Shown: positions 52,000 to 60,082, counted from the stretch's first letter. The stretch: DNA of 64,000 nt from an uncultured Anaerolineales bacterium (GCA_964608265.1 CAZSNP010000019.1:120-64119), one strand, 5' to 3'. The notes: generated by a model from the sequence alone, not told the origin. Numbers and translations: made by a program.

Positions 52000-53622
52000 T
52001 CATCGGCCGCCCGTCACCAGCCGCAACTGATCGCAGGCCGGGCAATTGTTGTCGGGCCGCACGATCGAGTAGCCGCCCATCGGGTCGTCATCGTAGCGGC
52101 GGAAATCCACGTTCCACACGATCATGATCCGCACCAGCCCGCTGTTCCTGGCCAGGTTGGCCGCCTCGCCCAGCCACTGCGCCTGATTGGCCAGCGTCAC
52201 ATTGCCGGCCCAGGCGAAGCTCCCGGGCAGCGGGCCGAAGCCCTCAGGGGTGAGGTAGCCCAGTTCGGTGAAACATAGCTTGCGCGCGCCGCCGAAGGCG
52301 TTGTAGTACAGGCTGACCATGCCCTGATAGTAGCGCGAGTAGTAATTGTCGCGCGGGTCGCCGCTGTTGCGCGTGGGGCTGATGATGCCCTCGTTGTAGT
52401 GCACGCCGATGCAATCCGCGTAACTGGCCGCGCCGGCCGCGGCCATGCCGCGCACGTACCGGTCGTCGTTCCACACGCGGTCGAGGCCAAACGCCCCCTC
52501 CGCCCCTGTGGGCGAGGGCGCGCCCGTAATGACGAGGGTGTTGCGATTGGCGGCCTTGATCCTGGTGTACGCGCGCCGCAGCAGGTCGGTGTACGACGAG
52601 GGGTTGATCTGTCCCGTCGGCCACTCGCGGTCGATGTTCATCTCGTTCCACACCTCAATCGCATCCGCGCCGAGGGCGGCCACGCCGCCGACAAAGTCGG
52701 CATACGCGTCGTAGTTCGCGCCGTCACGGATATCGCCGGGGTGGCCGACGATGCCGATCAAAATCTTGAAGCCCTTGTTGTGCGCATCGGTGATCATGCC
52801 GGCGGCGTCATTTGGCGCCATGCCCGGCGACCAGCGCAATTGCTTCTTCACCCAGTACATCCCGGCGAACTTCATCTTGTCGGGAAAGGCGAAGCTATCG
52901 ACGTGCCCGCCCAACTCGAAGCTGCCGCCCGAGACCGGGGGCGGCGGCGGTGGAGGCGTGGTGCCGGTGGGCGCCGGCGTCGGCTGAGGGGCCGGGCCGC
53001 TGCCGGGCAGATTGATCTGCTGCCCGACGAAGATGAGGTTGGGGTTGATGCCCGGGTTGACGGCGACGATCGCCTGCACCGTCGTGCCGAAGCGCGCCGC
53101 GATGCGGCCCAACGTGTCCCCACGTTGCACGACATACACGCCCCCGCCGCCGGGTGGGGCCGTGGGCTGCGGGGTGGGTTGTGGGCCGGGGGTGGGCTGC
53201 GGCGCGGGGCTGCTGCCACCGGGGATGATGAGGGTCTGTCCGACGAAGATGAGTGTGTTGTTGCCTAACCCATTGGCAGCCTGAATCGCCGCCACGGTCG
53301 TGCCGAAGCGGGCGGCGATCTTCGCCAGCCAATCCCCCCGCTGCACGACGTAGGTTTGTTGGCCGCCTCCCCCTCCGGGTGTGGGTTGTGGCGCGGGCGA
53401 GCCTCCACCGGTGGGGATGACGAGCCGCTGCCCAACAAAAATCAGGTTGGGGTTGACGCCCGGATTGGCGGCGACGATGGCCTGCACCGAGACGCCGAAG
53501 CGGGCGGCGATGCGGCTCAACGTGTCACCACGCTGCACGATGTACACCTCGTCGGCGTATGCCGGGCCAGCGGCTGAGAACACCAAGGCCACGATGGCAA
53601 TGAGCATTACGAGCCTTCGCAT
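52000..53622 (-). CDS. secreted triple-LysM protein with clan-A (GH5-like) glycoside hydrolase domain
   Basis: Signal peptide. Three LysM modules (Y.VQRGD.L..IAARFG..V.AI...N). TIM-barrel motifs EVWNEMN and FTELGY. AAGGAGAA RBS. Confidence 0.8.
   Translation of the reverse strand: MRRLVMLIAIVALVFSAAGPAYADEVYIVQRGDTLSRIAARFGVSVQAIVAANPGVNPNLIFVGQRLVIPTGGGSPAPQPTPGGGGGQQTYVVQRGDWLAKIAARFGTTVAAIQAANGLGNNTLIFVGQTLIIPGGSSPAPQPTPGPQPTPQPTAPPGGGGVYVVQRGDTLGRIAARFGTTVQAIVAVNPGINPNLIFVGQQINLPGSGPAPQPTPAPTGTTPPPPPPPVSGGSFELGGHVDSFAFPDKMKFAGMYWVKKQLRWSPGMAPNDAAGMITDAHNKGFKILIGIVGHPGDIRDGANYDAYADFVGGVAALGADAIEVWNEMNIDREWPTGQINPSSYTDLLRRAYTRIKAANRNTLVITGAPSPTGAEGAFGLDRVWNDDRYVRGMAAAGAASYADCIGVHYNEGIISPTRNSGDPRDNYYSRYYQGMVSLYYNAFGGARKLCFTELGYLTPEGFGPLPGSFAWAGNVTLANQAQWLGEAANLARNSGLVRIMIVWNVDFRRYDDDPMGGYSIVRPDNNCPACDQLRLVTGGR
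52983..53544 (-). repeat. three LysM-module coding repeats separated by Pro/Gly linkers
   Basis: Seen in translation. Confidence 0.85.
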
Positions 53623-53785
53623 ATTCGGTTTTCTCCTTACTCGAGAAGCGCGGTCATATTTGGCACAGAGACTGTGCAAGTTTTGCGCCGGATAGACTAT
53701 AGCATTCCGGCCCCGGCCGCACAAGCCAGCGGCTAACCGGACGCCGGATTCTGTCGGCGGGTTCCTGGCCGGGTCGGGTACGTGC

Positions 53786-53960
53786 GTAACTAACGTGAGG
53801 TCGGGATAACACAGAATAAATCAAGCACCCTAAGCGGAGCGGCGCTCCTTCGACTGCGGCCCGCCAAGAGCAGGCGGGCCTCCGCTCAGGATGCGCCGTA
53901 GCTTCTCCGCAAGCCGCGTAGTCGAAGGGCGCGGCCTTATCCCGAACTGACGTTAACTAC
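53786..53960. other. 175-nt structured palindromic element (ncRNA, cis-regulatory RNA or MITE-like repeat; unresolved)
   Basis: Arms 53786-53809 and 53937-53960 pair at 20 of 24 positions. The interior holds a 7-8-bp hairpin GGCCCGCC/GGCGGGCC, P1 AGCGGAG/CTCCGCT, and pseudoknot candidate CGGCGC/GCGCCG. Confidence 0.5.
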
Positions 53961-54035
53961 AGATCCCGGTGCAGTTGCGCGGAAGGGTGCCCCGAGGCAA
54001 GCGACGCCCCGCCTCCGTCCCCAACGATCTCCGCG

Positions 54036-54065
54036 TTGCCACGCCGCTGGCCAGTGTGGTACGCT
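54036..54065 (+). promoter_or_regulatory. promoter candidate for the CBS gene
   Basis: TTGCCA, 18 nt, TACGCT. AAGGAAG RBS before ATG 54103. Confidence 0.35.
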
Positions 54066-54102
54066 AACGGTCAGCCCATCACCCCCGCCTCAAGGAAGAC
54101 GA

Positions 54103-55509
54103 ATGTCCGACAGCCTGCCCGCAGAACCGCAAATCTACTCCAGCATCATTGACGTCATCGGCAACACCCCGCTTGTCCGGCTCAACTCGGTCACGCGCGG
54201 CCTGCAATGCACGCTGGTCGCCAAAGTGGAGTTCCTCAACCCGGGCGGCTCGGTGAAGGACCGCATCGGCCTCAACATCATCGAGGCCGCCGAGCGCGAG
54301 GGGCGGCTCAAGCCGGGCGGCACGGTCGTCGAAGCCACCTCGGGCAATACCGGCGTTGGGCTGGCGATTGTGTGCGCGATCAAAGGCTACAAGTCCGTCT
54401 TCGTCATGCCGGACAAAATGAGTCAGGAGAAAATCCGGCTATTGCGCGCCTTCGGCTCGAAGGTCATCATCACCCCCACGGCGGTGGCCGCCGACGACCC
54501 GCGCAGCTACACCGAGGTCGCCAAACGCACGGTGGCCGAAACGCCCAACAGCATCCTCGCCAACCAGTATCACAATCCCGAGAACCCGCGCAGCCACGTG
54601 CTCACCACCGGCCCGGAGGTCTGGCGGGGGACGGCGGGCCGCGTCACCGATGTCGTCATCGGCATGGGCACCGGCGGCACCATCACCGGCGTCGGGCGCT
54701 ATCTCAAAGAGAAGAACCCCAAAATTCGGATCGTCGGCGTTGACCCGTACGGCTCGATCCTGTACGAGGCTCACAAGCTGGGCCGCGTGCCCGACAACCC
54801 GCAGCCGCGCACTTACAAAATGGAGGGCATCGGCGAGGACTTCATGCCGCAGGCCCTCGACCTGTCGGTGGTGGATGAGGTGCTGCAAGTCGGCGATAAA
54901 GAGACGTTCCTGATGACGCGCCGGCTCGTGCGTGAGGAGGGGCTGTTCGCGGGCGGGTCGTGCGGCGCGGCGGTGGCCGGCGCCCTGCGCTACTGCCGCA
55001 ACCTCGGGCCGGAAAGGCTGGTGGTGGTGATTCTGCCGGACAGCGGCTCGCGCTACCTGAGCAAGATCTTCGACGACGATTGGATGCGCGAGAACGGCTT
55101 CCTCGAGTCGGCCTGGGCCGGCGCCATCGCCGCCGATGTGCTGGCGACGAAGAAGATTCGCGACGTCATCACCGCCGCGCCGAACGAGTCGGTGAATGCG
55201 GTGGTGGCGAAGATGAAGGAGCACGACATCTCCCAGGTGCCGATCGTCTCGCCGGCCGGTGCGCTGTGCGGCATGGCCACCGAGGTCGAGCTGCTCAACC
55301 ACCTGGTGCTCGATTCCCATCGGCACAGCGCCGACGAGCCGATCTCAGATTTGATGCGGACGGACGTGGCCACCATCGGCCCCGGCGCCTCGCTCGAAAG
55401 CCTGATGAGCGTCTTCGTCAACCGCAACGCCGCCGTGGTGCTCGACGGCGGGCGTGTGGTCGGCATTTTGACCAAGATCGACATCCTCGATTATCTGGCG
55501 TCGCACTAG
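54103..55509 (+). CDS. cystathionine beta-synthase / CysK-family PLP enzyme with C-terminal CBS-domain pair
   Basis: PLP-lysine motif NPGGSVKDR. Loop SGNTG. Two C-terminal CBS domains. Confidence 0.85.
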   Translation: MSDSLPAEPQIYSSIIDVIGNTPLVRLNSVTRGLQCTLVAKVEFLNPGGSVKDRIGLNIIEAAEREGRLKPGGTVVEATSGNTGVGLAIVCAIKGYKSVFVMPDKMSQEKIRLLRAFGSKVIITPTAVAADDPRSYTEVAKRTVAETPNSILANQYHNPENPRSHVLTTGPEVWRGTAGRVTDVVIGMGTGGTITGVGRYLKEKNPKIRIVGVDPYGSILYEAHKLGRVPDNPQPRTYKMEGIGEDFMPQALDLSVVDEVLQVGDKETFLMTRRLVREEGLFAGGSCGAAVAGALRYCRNLGPERLVVVILPDSGSRYLSKIFDDDWMRENGFLESAWAGAIAADVLATKKIRDVITAAPNESVNAVVAKMKEHDISQVPIVSPAGALCGMATEVELLNHLVLDSHRHSADEPISDLMRTDVATIGPGASLESLMSVFVNRNAAVVLDGGRVVGILTKIDILDYLASH

Positions 55510-55579
55510 CTCCGCGTGTCATGGGTCAGGTGACAAGTGTCACGTCACTTGGCGCCCGGCCCCTGGCACGTCATACTCG

Positions 55580-56416
55580 ATGACCGCCACCCTCCCCACC
55601 CTCCGCATCATCCCGGTCGCCAACATCATCGAGCACGAGTACAACGACGCGCAGCGCACCGGCCCGCTGCTCAAGCGCCTCGAGGCCGAGGGCATCCTCA
55701 AAAACCCGCCCATCGTCACCCCGCTCGACGGCAGGCCCGAACACTACGTCGTGCTCGACGGGGCGAACCGCTGCACGGCGCTGCACGAACTCGGCTACCC
55801 GCACATCCTGGCGCAGGTCGTGCCATACCACCCGCCGCCGGTCACCCTCACCACCTGGCATCACGCCATCACGCATATGAATTTGAACCGCTTCATCAAT
55901 GCCATGGAGCGCCTGCCGACCAGCGAGGTGCATTCGGTGGATTTGCTCGACGCGCGCGCCGGGCTGGCGCGGCGTGATTTCGTCGCCTACGTGCAGTTGA
56001 GCAACGGCGCGGTCGCCGCCGTCCGCAGCGCCACGCCCAGGCTGCACGACCAGAATCGCGCCCTCAACGAACTGGTGGACACGTACAAAACGAACGGCAA
56101 GCTCAACCGCGTCACCGCCGATGAACTCGACGAGGTCCGCGCCGTCTATCCGGATGTGATTGCCCTCGTCATCTTCCCCAACTACGAGCCGGCCGAGGTG
56201 CTGGCGCTGGCGCGCGATGGCGAGTTGCTGCCGCCCGGGCTGACGCGGCATCTTGTCCAGGGCCGCGTGCTGCGCACCAACTTCCCGCTCGGCGAGTTGA
56301 AGTCCGCCGACCCGCTCGAGGACAAGAACGAACGCCTGCAGGAGTGGTTGCAGCGCAAATTCGAGCAGCGCGATGTGCGCTACTACGGCGAGGCGACTTA
56401 CTTGTTTGATGAATGA
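55580..56416 (+). CDS. ParB/sulfiredoxin-fold protein (free-serine-kinase-like architecture)
   Basis: LRIIPVANIIEHE...ILKNPPIV...YVVLDGANRCTALHELG is a ParBc-type N-domain (DGxxR reads DGANR). Confidence 0.55.
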   Translation: MTATLPTLRIIPVANIIEHEYNDAQRTGPLLKRLEAEGILKNPPIVTPLDGRPEHYVVLDGANRCTALHELGYPHILAQVVPYHPPPVTLTTWHHAITHMNLNRFINAMERLPTSEVHSVDLLDARAGLARRDFVAYVQLSNGAVAAVRSATPRLHDQNRALNELVDTYKTNGKLNRVTADELDEVRAVYPDVIALVIFPNYEPAEVLALARDGELLPPGLTRHLVQGRVLRTNFPLGELKSADPLEDKNERLQEWLQRKFEQRDVRYYGEATYLFDE

Positions 56417-57306
56417 ACTTTAACCCCACCCCGGCCCTCCCCATCGCTGTCGTTGCGACGGGAGGGGCCGGGAGGGGGTTGCATCGGAGACCCACCTTGA
56501 TCCCTCAACTGCGCGGCGCAAACGCCATCCTCACCGGCGGGTCACAGGGCCTCGGCCCGCTCATCGCGCGCGAGCTGGCGCTGGCCGGGGTCAACCTCGC
56601 GCTGGCCGCCCGCTCCGCCGACAAGCTCAGGGCCGTGGCCGATGAGGTCGCGCAACTCGGCGTGGCCGTCGTCGCCATCCCGGCCGACCTCACCCGCGAG
56701 GCCGACCGCCGGCAACTCATCCACCGCGCCGAAGATGTGCTCGGGCCGATTGATGGGCTGATCAACAACGCCGGCCTCGAACCCATCGGGCGTTTTACGA
56801 ACAAGACCGCCGCTGAGATCGAGCAGACCGTGACCACCAACCTCACCGCGCCGGCCCTGCTGACGCGGGCCGTGCTGCCCGGCATGATCGAGAGGCGGCG
56901 CGGGCACATCGTCAATATGGCCTCGCTGGCGGGCAAGCTCGGCGTGCCGTACAACGCCATTTACGGTGGGACGAAGGCGGCGCTGTTCGCGTGGAGCGAT
57001 GCGTTGCGGATCGAACTGGAGGGCAGCGGCGTGAGCGTTACGGTGATCGCGCCGGGCTTCGTCACGGATACGGGCATGTACTCGCGCCACTACGCCAAAC
57101 CGCCGGCCCTGCTCGGCGAGAGCCGGCCCGCCGATGTGGTGGCCGGGGTGATGCGGGCGCTGCAACACGGCGACCATGAGGTCGTCGTCAACCCGCGCCC
57201 GTTCGCGCCGATGCACGCGCTGTACGCGCTCGCTCCGGGTTTTCTCGTCGGCGCGATGAAGCGCCTCGGCATCATGGACTTCCTCAAGAAGACATACGAC
57301 GTGTGA
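56413..57306 (+). CDS. short-chain dehydrogenase/reductase (SDR)
   Basis: TGGSQGLG Rossmann motif. NNAG. Catalytic YGGTK. ATGA overlap with the upstream gene. Confidence 0.85.
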   Translation: MNFNPTPALPIAVVATGGAGRGLHRRPTLIPQLRGANAILTGGSQGLGPLIARELALAGVNLALAARSADKLRAVADEVAQLGVAVVAIPADLTREADRRQLIHRAEDVLGPIDGLINNAGLEPIGRFTNKTAAEIEQTVTTNLTAPALLTRAVLPGMIERRRGHIVNMASLAGKLGVPYNAIYGGTKAALFAWSDALRIELEGSGVSVTVIAPGFVTDTGMYSRHYAKPPALLGESRPADVVAGVMRALQHGDHEVVVNPRPFAPMHALYALAPGFLVGAMKRLGIMDFLKKTYDV

Positions 57307-59270
57307 GTATGACGAAGAAGATTTACCTCGACGACATCCCACTCGATGAGGCGTGGGCGCGGCTGATTGCGGCACTCGAGGCTGCCGGTCGCTGGGGGCC
57401 GCTCGAGGCCGAGTCGGTTCCGCTCGAAGGCGCGCTGGGCCGCGTCACCGCCGGGCCGGTCTTCGCCAAACTCAGCGCCCCACACTATCACGCCGCGGCG
57501 ATGGATGGCTACGCCGTGCGCGCCGCCGACACCGCCGCGGCCTCCGACAATCACCCCCTCCACCTCGCGCTTGACGCGCAAGCGAAGTACGTGGACACCG
57601 GCGACCCGATGCCCGGCTGGGCGGATGCGGTGGTACCGATTGAAAACGCTCAGTTATTAGTTACTGGCAACCACCAATCACCCATAACCCAGACTCCCGA
57701 CGCCATTGAGATTCGAAATTCGGTCGCCCCGCGCCAGCACGTGCGCCTGATGGGCGAGGATATGGTGGCGACGGATTTAGTGCTTCCGGCCAACCACACG
57801 CTGCGGCCCGTTGACCTCGGCGCGCTGGCGGGCTGCGGGCACACCGGGGTGAAGGTGTACCGCCGGCCGCGCGTCGCCGTCATCCCCACCGGGACGGAAC
57901 TGGTCCCGCCGGGCGGCGCCGTCGCGCCCGGAGGCATCATCGAATACAACTCACTCGTGCTCGCAGCGCAGGTCGAGGGATGGGGCGGCGTGGCCACGCG
58001 CTACCCCATCGTGCCGGATGACTTCGAACGCATCAGGGCCATCGTCGCCGAGGCCGCCCGCACGCACGACCTGGTGCTGCTCAATGCCGGTTCATCCGCG
58101 GGGTCGGAGGACTTCAGCGCGCAGGTCGTCGAGTCGCTCGGCACGTTGCTCGTGCATGGCGTCGCGGTGCGGCCCGGGCATCCCGTCATTATTGGCACAA
58201 TTACCAATAACCACTTACCAGTTCCCGTAATTGGTGTTCCGGGCTATCCCGTCAGCGCCGCCCTTACCGGCGAGATATTCGTCGAGCCGTTGCTCGCGAG
58301 GTGGCGCGGTCAATCGCCCGCACAGCCGCCGACGCTGACGGCCACCCTCACCCGCAAAGTCCTCTCGCCGATGGGCGACGACGAACTCGTGCGCGTCACG
58401 GTCGGCCGAGTGGGCGAGCGCGTCGTCGCCACGCCGCTCTCGCGCGGGGCCGGCGTCATCACCTCGCTCGTGCGCGCAGATGGCATCGTCAAGATCCCGC
58501 GCCACAGCGAAGGGCTGAACGCCGGCGACACGGTGACAGTGCATCTCTATCGCTCACCGGAGGCGATTGCGCGCACGCTGGTGCATATCGGTTCGCACGA
58601 CCTCACGCTCGATCTGCTGGCGCAGTTCCTGGCCGAGCGCGGCAGCGGACTCTCTTCGGCGAACGTGGGCAGCCAGGGGGGGCTGGCGGCGCTGCGGCGC
58701 GGCGAATGCCATTTCGCCGGCAGCCACCTGCTCGACCCGGCCACCGGCGAGTACAACCTCACGGATGTGAAGCGTTACCTGCCCGACGCGCCGGCGGCCC
58801 TGGTCACGCTGGTGGGCCGCGAGCAGGGGTTGATCGTGCGGCGCGGCAACCCGAAGAACATCTACACCCTGGCCGACCTGTATCGCGACGACGTGCGCTT
58901 CGTCAATCGCCAGCGCGGCGCGGGCACACGCGTGCTGCTCGATTTTGAGATCGGCAAGCTGGCCTTCAAGACCAGGGGGATCAAGGGCTACGACTTCGAG
59001 GAGTACACACACCTCGCAGTCGCAGCCGCGGTGGCCTCCGGCGCGGCGGATTGCGGGCTGGGCATCGCGGCGGCGGCGCGCGCGCTCGACCTCGACTTCG
59101 TGCCGCTGTTCAAGGAGCGCTACGACCTCGTCATCCCGCGCGAGCATTACGAGTCCCCGTTGCTCCGCCCGCTGCTCGATGTGCTGGCCGATCCGCGCTT
59201 CAAGGCCGAGGTGCAGAAGCTGCCCGGGTACGATGTGAGGCACATGGGAGAGGTGGTGCGGGTGGCGTAG
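57303..59270 (+). CDS. moeA: molybdopterin molybdenumtransferase MoeA fused to a periplasmic-binding-protein-like domain
   Basis: MoeA N-terminal and MPT-binding domains (AAMDGYAVRA...GEDM...RPGHPV..G...GVPGYPVSA) plus a C-terminal PBP-like domain of about 250 aa. GTG 57303 overlaps the SDR stop; ATG 57309 is an alternative start. Confidence 0.85.
   Translation: MSMTKKIYLDDIPLDEAWARLIAALEAAGRWGPLEAESVPLEGALGRVTAGPVFAKLSAPHYHAAAMDGYAVRAADTAAASDNHPLHLALDAQAKYVDTGDPMPGWADAVVPIENAQLLVTGNHQSPITQTPDAIEIRNSVAPRQHVRLMGEDMVATDLVLPANHTLRPVDLGALAGCGHTGVKVYRRPRVAVIPTGTELVPPGGAVAPGGIIEYNSLVLAAQVEGWGGVATRYPIVPDDFERIRAIVAEAARTHDLVLLNAGSSAGSEDFSAQVVESLGTLLVHGVAVRPGHPVIIGTITNNHLPVPVIGVPGYPVSAALTGEIFVEPLLARWRGQSPAQPPTLTATLTRKVLSPMGDDELVRVTVGRVGERVVATPLSRGAGVITSLVRADGIVKIPRHSEGLNAGDTVTVHLYRSPEAIARTLVHIGSHDLTLDLLAQFLAERGSGLSSANVGSQGGLAALRRGECHFAGSHLLDPATGEYNLTDVKRYLPDAPAALVTLVGREQGLIVRRGNPKNIYTLADLYRDDVRFVNRQRGAGTRVLLDFEIGKLAFKTRGIKGYDFEEYTHLAVAAAVASGAADCGLGIAAAARALDLDFVPLFKERYDLVIPREHYESPLLRPLLDVLADPRFKAEVQKLPGYDVRHMGEVVRVA
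57637..57722 (+). repeat. AT-rich, heptamer-periodic patch inside moeA (patch 1)
   Basis: CAACCAC CAATCAC CCATAAC CCAGACT. Rare codons TTA, GTT, ACT, CAA, TCA, ATA in a GC-rich gene. Confidence 0.6.
58186..58238 (+). repeat. AT-rich, heptamer-periodic patch inside moeA (patch 2)
   Basis: ATTACCA ATAACCA CTTACCA GTTCCCG, with ATTGG/CCAAT inverted copies. It encodes the conserved IIGTITNNHLPVPVIGVPG segment. Confidence 0.6.
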
Positions 59271-59398
59271 CGCGTGGCCGGCTTGCACGAAGCGTGCCGC
59301 ACCTGCCAGTCACTTCAGACACGCCATCCAATCCTATCAACCCGGTCCGATTTTGTTCCGTATACTGCCTGCCATCGGTATGGTGAACGGAGGCAGCG

Positions 59399-59686
59399 AT
59401 GGGCAAATTCAATCCGCGAATCACATTGGCCTGGAAGCGCGCGCATGGCCTGGCAGGCATCGTCGCTCCCGTAAGCCGCCGGCGGTGGCGGGCGGAGAGC
59501 GGCGGGAGGCTCCTCACCTCCCGCGACAGCGGCCAAAGCTGGGAAGTGGCGGCCCACTTCGGCCCGCAGCACGAGATCGAAGAAATCTGGGAGCAGGGTG
59601 CCGAGACCTATGTGCGCCTCAAGCTCCGCACCTACACCTACGTGCTCAAATCGAGCGATGGGCGCGAGTGGCATCGCGCCTTCTGA
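59399..59686 (+). CDS. mini protein with two BNR/Asp-box-like motifs (paralog 1)
   Basis: 95 aa. GGAGG lies 6 nt before the ATG. Contains SRDSGQSW and SSDGREW. Confidence 0.65.
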   Translation: MGKFNPRITLAWKRAHGLAGIVAPVSRRRWRAESGGRLLTSRDSGQSWEVAAHFGPQHEIEEIWEQGAETYVRLKLRTYTYVLKSSDGREWHRAF

Positions 59687-59779
59687 GCGCAACGGTTGGC
59701 GTTCGCCATCAGACGCAATCCATCGCGTGGGCGCGGTGCTTGTTATAGTGAGCGCATCACATCGCTGGTTGAGGAATTC

Positions 59780-60082
59780 ATGCTCCGCCGCTCGCTCTTC
59801 CCCCACTGGCCCGCCTTGAATGTGGCTCGGCTGTTGCCGTTTCGCAAGCCCGCGCCGTCGTCGCAGATCAATGCCAGCCGGCGTTTTCAGTTCACGCCGG
59901 CCGGGCAACTGATGCACTCCCCCGATGGCGGCCGCACCTGGATCGAGGCCCTGGCCATCGAGCCCGGCTACCACACCCTGAAGTTGTGGCAACGCGGCGC
60001 GGAGACCCATCTGCGGCTCGACTACGCCGACCGTTCGGTCGAATGGCTTTCGACCAACGGCAGCGAGTGGCGCACCGAATAG
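59780..60082 (+). CDS. mini protein with two BNR/Asp-box-like motifs (paralog 2)
   Basis: 100 aa from ATG 59780 (GAGGAA RBS). Contains SPDGGRTW and STNGSEW. Shares QRGAETHLRL / EQGAETYVRL with paralog 1. Confidence 0.6.
   Translation: MLRRSLFPHWPALNVARLLPFRKPAPSSQINASRRFQFTPAGQLMHSPDGGRTWIEALAIEPGYHTLKLWQRGAETHLRLDYADRSVEWLSTNGSEWRTE

Noticed and set aside
53833-53898. Identification of the inner pseudoknot as a bona fide SAH riboswitch.
   Set aside because: The topology matches (P1, pseudoknot strand, hairpin, P1', pseudoknot'). However, the conserved nucleotides I recall for the SAH class (GAGGAGCGCUGCGAC...CAGGCUCGG...ACGGCGCUCAC) do not line up. The best CBS promoter candidate is also downstream of the element. 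Kept as an unresolved structured element only.
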